A stretch of DNA of 64,000 nucleotides from Octopus vulgaris. Its lineage: Eukaryota. The position numbers were made by a program, and so were the translations under genes. Below, one piece after another: positions 44,579 to 57,599 of this stretch. How positions within the stretch are numbered: position 1 is the stretch's first letter; each line of letters begins with the position of its first letter. The stretch covers positions 72,974,001 to 73,038,000 of the forward strand of contig OX597827.1 in NCBI GenBank assembly GCA_951406725.2, in the 5' to 3' direction. The notes under the pieces were generated by a model that was given only the letters and a program-made list of their open reading frames with translations, was not told the origin of the DNA and ran no database searches.

Positions 44579-44707
44579 CACACACGAGTGAGTAGGCAAA
44601 CGAAAGAAAGCACTCAACACATTTATTGAGATTCAGACTCCAATAGTCGAAGACTAACCACGCGCTTGAAACTCAGAGTACCAAGGATTCTGAATGAAGC
44701 TGTTTTG

Positions 44708-44797
<90 letters not shown>

Positions 44798-44814
44798 GTA
44801 TGTATGTATGTATG

Positions 44815-45140
44815 TGAAGACACGTGGCTTAATGGTTAGGGGCGTTCGGCTCACGATCGTAAGGTCGTGAGTTCAATTCCCGGCAACGTGCTGTGTCCTT
44901 GAACAAGACACTTTATTTCACGTAGCTCCAGTCCACTCAGCTGGCAAAAATGAGTAGTACCTGTATTTCAAAGGGGCCAACCTTGTCATACTCTGTGTCA
45001 CGCTGAATATCCCCGAGAACTACGTTAAGGGTACGCGTGTCTGTGAAGTGCTCAGCCACTTACACGTTAATTTCATGAGCAAGCTGTTCCATTGCTCAGA
45101 TCCGCTGGGACCCTCGTCGTCGTAACCGACGGAGTGCTCC
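44815..45140 (+). mobile_element. SINE family A, full length
   Basis: TGGCTTAATGG A box, GAGTTCAATTCC B box, conserved core and tail. Confidence 0.85.
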
Positions 45141-45165
45141 TTTTTTATATATGTATGATCGTATA

Positions 45166-45274
<109 letters not shown>

Positions 45275-45328
45275 GCGGTGCCCCAGCATGGCCACAGCTC
45301 ATTAGCTGAAACTGGAAAAATCAAAATC

Positions 45329-45407
<79 letters not shown>

Positions 45408-45680
45408 TATATGTGTGTGTGTGTGTGTGTGTATACATGCAGACATCCTCTCCACAAGACCGGATTAACCAACAGTCTGGCATGAGGTACAGACGAAGGC
45501 AGCGGAATCAAACTGCACCATGCACCAAATGGGCCAATGGCTGGGGCAAAGACACATAGAGGAATGGTGATGTGAACCACCTCACCAGCTTGAGGAAATC
45601 AGCAAAACCACGGTAATGCTCCAGTATGTCCGCAGTTGCATGGTTGAAACGAAAAAAAAGAATAAAAAAATGTGTATATG

Positions 45681-45764
<84 letters not shown>

Positions 45765-46516
45765 TATAAGGTATATTCATATAATAAGGTATATTCCGAT
45801 AGCATCTGAACACACACAAAACCGCGTGCGCGCGCACATGCAATCACACACATATGCACGCACCTGCTCTCCCACTTATAGCCGCTGGAGGTAACTGGGT
45901 TGGGAGCGTCCTAGATTTTTCAAGAGGGCGAGTTTTCCATTATTTTATGTCTCAGTGAAAAGAGACACGTGCAATGTTTACAGGGAGAATATACAACCTT
46001 TGTACTGTCGCTAGTGTCACTGGAGTTGCTGACGTCATCTGTGGAGGACAAAGTGGAAGTGTTGTTTGTCTGAGAAAATATTGAGTGGTTGTACAAAGAG
46101 ATTTGTGGAGCCGTTGATGACGTCATAAGTGTAACTCATTAGTGAAGGGGGTCCGGCTGGAAAGGGTTGCAGGGGGTTTGTCAGTTTTCTGGAAATTAAA
46201 AGGAACTGGCGAAATCGGGGTCAAATAATAACAGACCCTTCTTTGCTTACGTTTCCACAGGCAACGAGAAAGACTCCGTGCAGTTTTTAAAAAAAATGTA
46301 TCATGATTCCATTCAAATCTTGGATGTTTTTATAGAAATATTAGATCGAACGCAGTGCATGGGTGAAGCTTCGTGGGATGGAGGGTAAAGTTGATCTCGG
46401 TAGGATTTGAACTGGGAATCTAAAGGCCGTGGCTGTATGGCAAGAAGTTTGTTTCCCAACCACATGGCTTCGGGTTCAGTCCCACTGCGTGGCACCTTCA
46501 GCTTGTGTCTTCTTTT

Positions 46517-46700
46517 GGGTTGGCAACTAAGTTACCGCCATTTTATAAAATTTAAATTTTTTAAAAGGTTCAATAACAAATAACATCTAATTAATCAATA
46601 ATTTATTCACCTTTGTTGTTTACAACTTCTTCCCAGCGTTCAACAAGATTTTCAATACCTCGAAGGTATAAATCACCCGATTTCGACTCGAAAAGATGGA
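46517..46700 (-). mobile_element. Mariner 3' fragment
   Basis: FESKSGDLYLRGIENLVERWEEVVNNKGE on the minus strand. Confidence 0.7.
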
Positions 46701-46718
46701 ACGATTCAACACGGCTAT

Positions 46719-46762
<44 letters not shown>

Positions 46763-47265
46763 GCTCAAACTGAGATTAGTGACACTGCATGTACCCATTG
46801 ATATATGCTAAGAGGACGCAATACGACACAATGCCATATTGATTACGATGTTCACAGACATTTTAAATTAGGAATGTACACCAACATTTTAAATTAGGAA
46901 TGTACAAAATCAGCCAAAAAATTGGGAAACTACATTCACTTGCATTTTCTAGTAAATTGGCATCATCGGTGAGCAGCGCTCCATTCACTTTATACACTAA
47001 ATTTCACATGTGTCACCCCATTAACCCGTTTAGAACATAATCCACTGAACTCAACCAGAGTATTTTCGTGACTTGTTGGACACTAGTTTGATAGTTGAGT
47101 TCTGATTGGCTGTATGCAAATTAATTCATAACTGGGGTCCGGAACTCTCGTGGGAAAAAAAAATTGTGTCCCGTCCATTGAGGGAATGTATTTGTCACGG
47201 AATCCGGGAAACCGACCATATTGGCGTACGGTTCAGGAAATACTTTCGGTCCTTTTTTGCTATGT

Positions 47266-47344
<79 letters not shown>

Positions 47345-47844
47345 AACACACACACACACACATACAAACACACACACACACACAACACACACACACGCAC
47401 ATATACACACACACACGCGCGCAAACACATGCACACGCGCATATAAATACACATATACATACACTAACACATACATACATACACGCACACAAGCATATAT
47501 GTATATATGTACAGACGCAAACATATCGTATAATGAAGTCTTTAGATTTATTTATACGATGTTGTTCCGTTACTTTCAATGACATAATTAGCGTGTGACG
47601 TAATTAGCTTACAGTGACGTAATTAGCTTATGTGTCGTGGTAAGCGTGTAGGGATAAACCGGGGCTTAGATATGTACGAGTAATCTATTGAACTAAGAAT
47701 TATTTATCAACGACCTTACCCATGCAACGAGTAAAAGAGGTTGAAGTTTCCGAAGGAAAAAAAAAAGAATGTCATAGTGTTATAGTGAAGTCTTATATAT
47801 GTCTGTTTTAGTCTTGTAGTGAGGTCACGAATATATTATGACTG

Positions 47845-48230
47845 TGGAGGCGCAATGGCCCAGTGGTTAGGGCAGCGGACTCGCGGTCGTAGGATCGCGG
47901 TTTCGATTCCGAGACCGGGCATTGTGAGTGTTTATTGAGCGAAAACACCTAAAGCTTCACAAGGCTCCTGCAGGGGGTGGTAGTGAACCCTGCTGTACTC
48001 TTTCACCACAACTTTCTCTCACTCTTCCTTCCCGTTTCTGTTGTACCTGCATTTCAAAGGGGCCAGCCTTGTCACACTCTGTGTCACGCTGAATCTCCTC
48101 GAGAACTACGTTAAGGGTGCACACGTGTCTGTGGAATGCTCAGCCACTTGCACGTTAATTCCACGAGCAAGCTGTTCCGTTGATTCGGATCAGATGGGAT
48201 CCTCATCGTCGCAACCGACGGAGTGCTCCT
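47845..48230 (+). mobile_element. SINE family A variant, full length; sister copy 57061-57440
   Basis: tRNA-like head GGAGGCGCAATGGCCCAGTGGTTAGGGCAGCGGACTCGCGG...GTTTCGATTCC. Confidence 0.85.
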
Positions 48231-48417
48231 ATATTATGACTTCAGTTCACAGTCACAAGTTCACAATGACAAGCTTGTAATGACGGGATTGGATCCAAGA
48301 GAATACTTTCTATTACAGTGGCGTCGTTGTTCGTAAGTCTCAGAGTGTTAAAATGCAAACATCTTGCAGGTGAAGGAGAAAGAGAAAGAAAGAAAGAGGG
48401 AGAGAGAGAGAGAAAGA

Positions 48418-48468
<51 letters not shown>

Positions 48469-48544
48469 ATGAGAGGGGAAAGGAAATAGTAAAAGGATAT
48501 AGGGAGAAAACGAGAGAGGAGGTGAAGCGGTGAGAGATAAGTAA

Positions 48545-49335
48545 CCTATTTCTTTATTACCCACAAGGGGCTAAACATAGAGGGGACAAACAAGGACAGG
48601 CATAGGTATTAAGTCGATTACATCGACCCCAGTGCGTAACTGGTACTTAATTTATCGACCCCGAAAGGATGAAAGGCAAAGTCAACCTCGGCGGAATTTG
48701 AACTCAGAACGTAACAACAAGCGAAATACCTATTTCTATTTCTTTATTACCCACAAGGGGCTAAACACAGAGGGGGACAAACAAGGACAGACATAGGTAT
48801 TAAGTCGATTGCATCGACCCCAGTGCGTAACTGGTACTTAATTTATCGACCCCGAAAGGATGAAAGGCAAAGTCAACCTCGGCGGAATTTGAACTCAGAA
48901 CGTAACAACAAGCGAAATACCTATTTCTATTTCTTTATTACCCACAAGAGGCTAAACACAGAGGGGGACAAACAAGGACAGACATAGGTATTAAGTCGAT
49001 TGCATCGACCCCAGTGCGTAACTGGTACTTAATTTATCGACCCCGAAAGGATGAAAGGCAAAGTCAACCTCGGCGGAATTTGAACTCAGAACGTAACGAC
49101 AAGCGAAATACCTATTTCTTTACTACCCACAAGGGGCTAAACACAGAGAGGACAAACAAGGACAGACAAACGGATTAAGTCGATTACATCAACCCCAGTG
49201 CGTAACTGGTACTTTATTTATCGACCCTGTGAGGGATGAAAGGCAAAGTCGACCTCGGCGGAATTTGAACTCAGAACGTAACGAGAGGTGAAATACCGCT
49301 AAGCATTTCTCCCGGCGCGCTAACGTTTCTGCCAG
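48545..49335 (-). mobile_element. Head-to-tail tetramer of SINE family B
   Basis: Four ~185-191 bp units starting ~48545, 48729, 48920, 49111; only the last carries the A-box head. Confidence 0.9.
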
Positions 49336-49722
49336 GTCTCCGATAAGTAACCGGAAATGTAACGAGGTCGTCATTGTCTCTACCCTTCTCGTCACCATTG
49401 CAATCTTGTTAAAGTTAATAAAGTGTGTTCAGCTTAATTAGTCATTAATTAACACACGTGAGTGGAAAAGATGGAGGTGTATAAGGAGGCAGTATTAATC
49501 CTTTTTTTTTTACTATAGACACAAGGACTAAAATATTGGGGGAAAGAGGACAGTCGATTACATCAACTCCAGTACTCAAATGGTACTTATTTTTATCGAC
49601 CTTGAAAGTGATGAAAGGTAAAGTCGACCTTGGCGGAATTTGAACAACTCAGAACGTAAAGACGGACGAAATGCCGCTAAGCATTTTGCTCGGCGCGGTA
49701 GCGATTCTGTCAGCTCACCTCC

Positions 49723-49723
<1 letters not shown>

Positions 49724-49812
<89 letters not shown>

Positions 49813-49893
49813 GTGGTGATGATGATGATGGTGATGATGATGATGATGATGGTGATGGTGATGATGATGATGATGGTGATGGTGATGGTGATG

Positions 49894-49925
<32 letters not shown>

Positions 49926-49927
49926 GG

Positions 49928-49958
<31 letters not shown>

Positions 49959-50008
49959 GGTGATGGTGATGATGATGATGATGATGATGGTGATGGTGAT
50001 GATGATGG

Positions 50009-50058
<50 letters not shown>

Positions 50059-50070
50059 GTGATGGTGATG

Positions 50071-50132
<62 letters not shown>

Positions 50133-50140
50133 GGTGATGG

Positions 50141-50193
<53 letters not shown>

Positions 50194-50265
50194 TTGGTGG
50201 TGGTGGTGGTGGTGGTGATGATGATGATGATGATGATGATAATAATAATAATAATAATAATAATA

Positions 50266-50308
<43 letters not shown>
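49724..50308. repeat. (AAT)n-(GAT/GGT)n-(AAT)n compound microsatellite
   Basis: Direct reading. Confidence 0.95.
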
Positions 50309-51112
50309 GCAAAATTTGTCATTTCAGTTAAGGAAGTGAAGGAAATCAGCAAAAATGGGCAACTGGAAGGTCCCGGGGCAGATGGAGTTCAAAGATACTG
50401 GACCAAAAGTGTCCAATGAACAATCTTTGCTATAATGTCATGGCGTCTCTTATATTCTTTCTGGACTAATGGCGTACATTGACTAGTAATATGGTTTGTG
50501 GATGTAAGGACGCTTAGTTTTTTTGTGGTCGCTGTCTGTGTAGTTTAAACCTGAGTAAGTTCTGCTAGGGGTTATCTAAGATCAACGATGATCCAGCCAA
50601 GAGCAACTCCCTTTTTATTATAAACTGTATTGAGAACGATATTTTTCAATGCGTTTTTCTTCCTTAAGAAAGTTCAATATAAATTCAGAGTCGTTGTTTT
50701 TAGCAGGTCGAATGACCGTGTAAAGGCTTTCTTCCACGTTTGTTTTCAGAGAATTGGCGGTGATATGTTGTCAAAAGACAGCCAGTTAAACAACTGTCAG
50801 CCGACTGGTTAACGGAATTATGACGAAACACCACAAAGACTCTCATAAAATTCCACTTTACCAGAGACTATTATAGATAACATCAGACAGAGGCAGCAGC
50901 AGGCAGAGAAAGAGACGAAGATAGATGGAGAGAGATACGCATAGATACACATATATACATACATGTATGCGCATATGGATGCGCATATGCATGCATGCAT
51001 ATATGTATGTATGTATGTTTGTATGTATGTATGTATGTACGCATGTATGTCGTCTCTGTCTGTCTATTTCTCTCTCACTCTCCCCCTCTCTCACTATAGA
51101 TACACATATACT

Positions 51113-51193
<81 letters not shown>

Positions 51194-51200
51194 ACATACA

Positions 51201-51231
<31 letters not shown>

Positions 51232-51334
51232 TACATTCACAAATACACGTATTTGAAAAAAAAAAAATAAAGGGTCGTGGTTAAGGCCAAAACGATGCGA
51301 AGTAAATGCAAGGTATATCACAAGAAAACAAATA

Positions 51335-51389
<55 letters not shown>

Positions 51390-51393
<4 letters not shown>

Positions 51394-51622
51394 GTTGGCA
51401 AACAGCCGTCCGACAGTAAATCAAAAATTCCATAAATACTTAATATTCAATCTTATTTCTTCATTCCAATAATGAATGTTTAATAATTGAATGCTGTGAG
51501 TTAAGATCAGTTTTTTCAACATTTCTCTATTCTTAGCGAAGTCTCATATAAAATAACTTTTTGTTTTAATCTTGGAATTAAATGGTCTTGATTTACTGTC
51601 AGGTGACTTTTGGCCAACCCTG
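51390..51622. mobile_element. Tc1/mariner-type MITE
   Basis: Imperfect ~36-bp TIRs CAGxGTTGGC...GACAGTAAATCAA, TA on both sides. Confidence 0.75.
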
Positions 51623-51634
51623 TATATACATACA

Positions 51635-51730
<96 letters not shown>

Positions 51731-52118
51731 GGGAGAGAGAGAGAGAGAAATAAAGAAGTAAATGAGTGGAAACTGAGCCAGTGCGTGTATTAAATAACAA
51801 GGCACAAAAAGGAATGACTCCCCCTGGACACAACAATATATATATATATATATTAATAATAATAAAAGGGTAAAATTAATGAATTAATTAATCAATTAAT
51901 TAATAATGTTACCAAGTAGATCGGTACGTTAAAATAACCGTTTTAGCTAAAATTATACAAATATTCTATAATTATAAACATAATTATAATTAGGGGTCAG
52001 CTAATTGCTTCGCCACGCACCGAATTTAGAAATAGGAGCTAAATTCCTTTTCTGCTACCACAAAGGATTTCCCAGAGGGGCAAAAAGTAAAAATAACGAA
52101 TCCACACGACTCAGATTA

Positions 52119-52186
52119 GCTACATACGCGTTTCGAGATTAAAGTAAAGTTATATTTACTTCCATATTTCTCATCTTCAGTGCAGC
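52119..52186 (-). ncRNA. Minimal type-I hammerhead, canonical core
   Basis: GCUGCA-CUGAAGA-U-GAGA..AAGUAAA(UAUAAC)UUUACUU..UCUC-GAAA-CGCG-UA-UGUAGC; 6-bp stem I, palindromic CGCG, GUA site. Confidence 0.88.
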
Positions 52187-52355
52187 ATTTCAAAATATAA
52201 ATTTGAGAGTGTTGGGATTAAATATGTACGCGATCTTTTCTTTTTGCCTACGTAAAAAAGTGTGTTACTGCCTGGGAGATCCTTTGCTATTCCTAAATTC
52301 GGTGCGTGGCGAAGCAATTAGCTGACCCCTAATTATAACTATGTTTATAATTATA

Positions 52356-52418
<63 letters not shown>

Positions 52419-52421
<3 letters not shown>

Positions 52422-53248
52422 TATATAAAAGGGCTTAGTAAAATAAATTACTTTGCCGCATACTGAACTCATTAGAAATAGCAGCTAAAAAAACTTTTTT
52501 AAAACTATTTCCAATACTTAAAGAAAATCTCTCTCATATAGTGTTTGCTCAATTCAACTCACGAAAGTATGGGGGTAGAGACATTAAAAAATCAAATGCA
52601 AAGGTTATTTGAGAACGTACGTTTCAAGATTAGTCAAACTCGACACTTCTATCATCAGCTCAGAACTCCCTGGTTTGGATTTGAAAACACTGAAAGTGGG
52701 AGCATACCCTTTCGGCTTCAATCGCTTCTGAAGACCTGCTCGAAACTAACAGTGCCAGCAAATTCAAATATGCAAGCGAAGAATTTCTGCTCTCCCCTTT
52801 CCACCAGCGTGGGTTAAAATCAGTAAACACTGTGCTTTTTTCGGTAAAATCCGAGGCATTAAATAGAGAGAGATGAATTATAATTTCAACAATTGAGGGT
52901 AAAATTAATTAATTAATCAATTTCACCAAGTATTCAGTATGCAAAGGGACCATTTAAGGCGAATTCAAATTATTACATTATATAAAAGGGCTTAGTAAAA
53001 TAAATTACTTTGCCGCATACTGAACTCATTAGAAATAGTAGCTAAAAAAACTTTTTTAAAACTATTTCTAATACTTAAAGAAAATCTCTCTCATATAGTG
53101 TTTGCTCAATTCAACTCACGAAAGTATTTTACTAAGCCCTTTTATATAATGTAATAATTTGAATTCGCCTTAAATGGTCCCTTTGCATACTGAACACTTG
53201 GTGAAATTGATTAATTAATTAATTTTACCCTCAATTGTTGAAATTATA
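52419..53248 (-). mobile_element. Non-coding HHR element with partial tandem (557-bp period) plus inverted 5' segment, in (TA)n
   Basis: 52419-52570 repeats at 52976-53127; 53125-53248 is the reverse complement of ~52879-53002. Confidence 0.85.
52610..52662 (-). ncRNA. Minimal type-I hammerhead, canonical core
   Basis: UGAG-CUGAUGA-U-AGA..GUC(GAGUUU)GAC..UCU-U-GAAA-CGUACG-UU-CUCA; palindromic CGUACG. Confidence 0.82.
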
Positions 53249-53410
53249 TATATATATATATATATAAACTTAGATAAACTTAGATATGTTTCGACCAAAG
53301 ATTGGTCCAGGCCATGTCTAACTTAATAGCACCACCTGATAGGATTATTCGAATCCTGTTTAAGTCAAGTTTTGTTTGAGTCAAGTTTTGTACAAGTAGT
53401 GAGTTCTTGT

Positions 53411-53463
<53 letters not shown>

Positions 53464-53566
53464 GGAGTAAACACATAAATGTGAAACAATGTGGAAACAA
53501 AGAGTACTCAAATACCAGGGGTAGAGTAATATGCTTTATTTAAAAGCAGCAGAAATTCAACAAAAC

Positions 53567-53604
53567 CTGTTACTCGGAGTTTCACGTTCCCATTCGTCGG
53601 ACAG
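53567..53604 (-). ncRNA. Hammerhead-like motif, variant core CCGACGA
   Basis: CUGU-CCGACGA-AUG(GGAA)CGU-GAAA-CUCCGAG-UA-ACAG; stem I extends via ACAAAA/UUUUGU. Confidence 0.7.
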
Positions 53605-54763
53605 TTTTGTTAAAATTTTAACGGGGACGTGAAACACCGAGTAACAGGTTTTGTTGAATTTCTGCTGCTTTTAAATAAAGTATATATATATATATATATA
53701 TACACATATATGAATCATATTCTTTTTGATGCTTATTAACAGGTAATGGTCATATTATTGGGTGGACATACATAATGCTTGCATACAAAAATGTACATAC
53801 ATATATGCATACATACACATACACGCATCCATGCATCCATCCATACACACACAGACATGGTGTAGGCGCTGAAATTCTAATGATTTTCAATTGACCACTG
53901 AAGAAAGAATCAGATTTGTGCTCGTCCGTTCGTGTTCTATATTTTGTTGTTTGTTCGTGCTACATTTTTTGCTATATTATTTGCAACGCTGCACAGCTGT
54001 GTGTGCATGCGTGTGTGTATGTGTGTGAGTGTGTGTGTATGTGCGTACATGTGTGTATGTGTATGTGTGCGTGTGTATATGTGTATGTGTATGTGTATGT
54101 GTGTGTGTGTGTCTGCATGCAATCATATTACGTAGTAGAATCCTAACCGGCTCATGCAAGACCTCAAACACTGGCTTGTTAATGACCTTGGTAGTATTTC
54201 CAACAACTACGTCTCCCTCGAATGTAATAAAACCGACATGATATCTTTAGTTATTGCCTAAAAAAAAAAAAAAAAACAGCAGTAAAAAACGGAAAAACTA
54301 ATAACATAGTTTAGTTGACAAGCTTGAATCATATTAATTATATCCGATCCTACAAAAATGAAGTCCGGTAAGATACGAAAGAAGAATCTTACGATTGGTC
54401 GAACGATTTGTGACGTCAGCTTTCGGTTATAGCTGCAAAAGGTAACGGGTGTTTTATAAAGCAATTATCTATGAAGCAGTAACAAAATGTTACAAGCAAT
54501 GTTGCTCAATTTTCCGTTCTGAGAGACACACCAGAAAAAAAAAACAAAAAACAAAAAGGTGAAAGTTTGTACATACGTATGTATGTATCTATATATATAC
54601 GTGTGTACGAGCCCTTAATTGTATAACTACATGAATAATATTTTTCTATATGAATAATATTTTTGTCTTATGACTAATTCGTCTTTTGTGCTGGGCACCT
54701 GGTAGTAAATAATATTACTACCCTTCTTGTTTATATTCGCATATTACATGATGGATTTATTTG

Positions 54764-54815
<52 letters not shown>

Positions 54816-54944
54816 TCCCGGGTTGATTCGGGGTTAACCACAGTAAATAAGGTACTCAATACATAGCAGAGTAAAATTAATTTATTATATAGAAGGAGCT
54901 TCTACAGGACTAGAACTGTTTCATTCAAGAGAAATCTTCAGGAA

Positions 54945-54997
54945 GAGCTTCCTGAAGATTTCTCTTGAATGAAACAGTTCTAGTCCTGTAGAAGCTC
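54945..54997 (+). ncRNA. Type-I hammerhead with complete stem III (mirror copy on minus strand ~54896-54945)
   Basis: GAGCUUC-CUGAAGA-U-UUC(UCUU)GAA-U-GAAA-CAG(UUCUAGUC)CUG-UA-GAAGCUC; 7-bp stem I, GUA site. Confidence 0.85.
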
Positions 54998-55336
54998 CTT
55001 CTATATAATAAATATATATATATATATATATACACATGCATACATACATATGCGTACAGATCGCTAGTCACTACACATTCTCTATTTTCTCTCTCCTTGT
55101 ATTGCTGTACTCTTTCACCACAACTTTCTCTCGTCCTTTCTTCCTGTTTCTGCTGTACCTGTATTCCAAAGGGTCAGCCTTATCAGACATTGTGTCACGC
55201 TGAATCTCTCCTAGTTCTCGGGAAGAGTCAGCGTGTCACAATCTGTGATAAGGGTTACACGTGTTTGCGGAGTGCTCAGGCTGTTCCGTTGATCGGATCA
55301 ACTAGAAAACTCGTCGTCGTAACTGACGAAGTACCA

Positions 55337-55393
<57 letters not shown>

Positions 55394-55399
<6 letters not shown>

Positions 55400-55562
55400 T
55401 GTGGAAAAAGAGTCAGCAGAAGTTCGCCATTACCTTCTGCCGGAGCCGCATGGAGCTTAGGTGTTTCGCTCATAAATATACACATCGCTCGGTCTGAGAT
55501 TCGAACCCGCGATCCCTCGACCCCGATTACGCTGCTCTAACCAGTAGGCCATGTGCATCCAC
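55394..55562 (-). mobile_element. tRNA-derived SINE 5' half; near-identical copy ~56192-56360
   Basis: Minus strand TGGCCTACTGGTTAGAGC A box, GGTTCGAATCT B box. Confidence 0.8.
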
Positions 55563-55676
55563 ATACACACACACACGCACATACACATATATATGTATGT
55601 ATGTATATGCACACATAAAGGCGCTGCTCCAGCATGGCCGCAGTCAAATGACTGAAACAAGTAAAATAGTAAAAGA

Positions 55677-55724
<48 letters not shown>

Positions 55725-55787
55725 AAAAAGTGAAGTTCGAAAATGCTGCTGTATTAGACAAATTTTTAATTTTTATATATACATTAT

Positions 55788-55824
55788 AACATGTTTCGGT
55801 TCTTGAAATGATGAACCTTATCAA
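55788..55824 (-). ncRNA. Decayed hammerhead-like motif
   Basis: UUGAUAA-GGUUC(10 nt)GAACC-GAAA-CAUG-UU; two transitions from CUGAUGA. Confidence 0.4.
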
Positions 55825-56099
55825 AAAAAGTTATATATAAAAAAAAAAATAGTTCATGCTATCAAATATAAAAAATTCATTTATAATATACAATAGAGTC
55901 AGACATCAAAAGTTCATATATAGTGAAGTGAGTTCGTTCATGCTATATGTTTAAAGAGTATGATGCAGTGGTTCATAGTGGTGATATGCGTTCAATATAA
56001 AAAATAGTTCAAAGTGGTGATATGCAGTCAATATAAAAAATTGATGTTCCTGAAAGAGCGAGGAATTCATATATATATATATTTTGGTCGGTGTTCGCT

Positions 56100-56196
<97 letters not shown>

Positions 56197-56920
56197 TGTG
56201 GCAAAAGAGTCAGCAGAAGTTCGCATTACCTTCTGCCGGAGCCGCATGGAGCTTAGGTGTTTCGCTCATAAATGTACACATCGTTCGGTCTGAGATTCGA
56301 ACCCGCGATCCCTCGACCACGATTCCGCTGCTCTAACCAGTAGGCCATGTGCATCCACATACACACACACACGCACGCACATACATATATATATATGTAT
56401 GTATATGCACACATACACACACAGACATAAATATATATATATAAATATAAATATATTTATGCATGCATGATATGTATTTATGTATTTATATATAGAAAGA
56501 CGAAAGGTTAAATGATAAAAGGGTGAAAGAGCGAGAGAGAAATAAAGAGTGAGGGGAAATAGAGAGGGAAAGAGAGAATGAGTGAATGTGTGAAATAAAG
56601 TGTCTTGCTTAAGAACACAACACACAACCCGGTATGGGAATCGAACGAACTACTTGATGATTGTGAGTCCGACACTCTAACCACAGAGCAATGCACCTTC
56701 GCAGAGCCATGCGTCACTTAGAAAGTAACAAAATATAAATCGATGAAGATAAGAAGATGGCGACGGTGGGGAAACGAAAGGGAAGTAGGAAATGTATGTG
56801 GAGAAAGTCCCATGATGTAGGTCAAAATATAGGCCGCCTGGTGGAGTTTCTTGTGGTACTTGTGGGTGTTCGTTTGTGTGTGTAACTCTATATTAATACA
56901 TTAGTATATGTCACTGTGCC

Positions 56921-56953
<33 letters not shown>

Positions 56954-57599
56954 ATGTGTGTGCCTGTATACATGTGTATGTATTTGTATGCTTGTGACTC
57001 CCTTTGTGTATGTGTGTGTGTGTGTGTGTGCATGTATGTGTGCTAGTGTGTATTTGTGTGTTGGAGGGGCAATGGCCCAGTGGTTAGGGCAGCGGACTCG
57101 CGGTCATAGGATCGCGGTTTCGATTCCCAGACCGGGCGTTGTGAGTATTTATTGAGCGAAAACACCTAAAGCTCCACGAGGCTTCGGCAGGGGATGGTGG
57201 TGATCCCTGCTGTACTCTTTCACCACAACTTTCTCTCACTCTTACTTCCTGTTTCTGTTGTACCTGTATTTCAAAGGGCCGGCCTTGTCACTCTCTGTGT
57301 CACGCTGAATATCCCCGAGAACTACGTTAAGGGTACACGTGTCTGTGGAGTGCCCAGCCACTTACACGTTAATTTCACGAGCAGGCTGTTTCGTTGATTC
57401 GGATCAACCGGAACCCTCGTCGTCGTAACCGACGGAGTGTTCTTCTTATTATTTGTGTGACTGTCCATTAATGCGGTTGTTCTCAAAGCCACAAACACCA
57501 GCTCCGTCTCCACGCCATCAACGATTTATTAACAAAAGCTTACGCCCCGTTCCGTCTCGCACTTCTTTATTCAGGGAAAGGCATAACAGAATTTAGTTT

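Noticed and set aside
47845-47920. tRNA gene
   Set aside because: tRNA-like head continues into SINE body and tail and is multicopy.
48545-49335. Regularly spaced repeats as a CRISPR array
   Set aside because: Whole ~190-bp units repeat with no unique spacers; they are SINE multimers.
49671-50352. Poly-Asp, poly-His and poly-Met ORFs
   Set aside because: Translations of an (AAT)/(GAT) microsatellite.
53280-53310. Half hammerhead on the minus strand (GACCAA/UUGGUC-GAAA-CAUA-UC)
   Set aside because: No CUGANGA-like core upstream.
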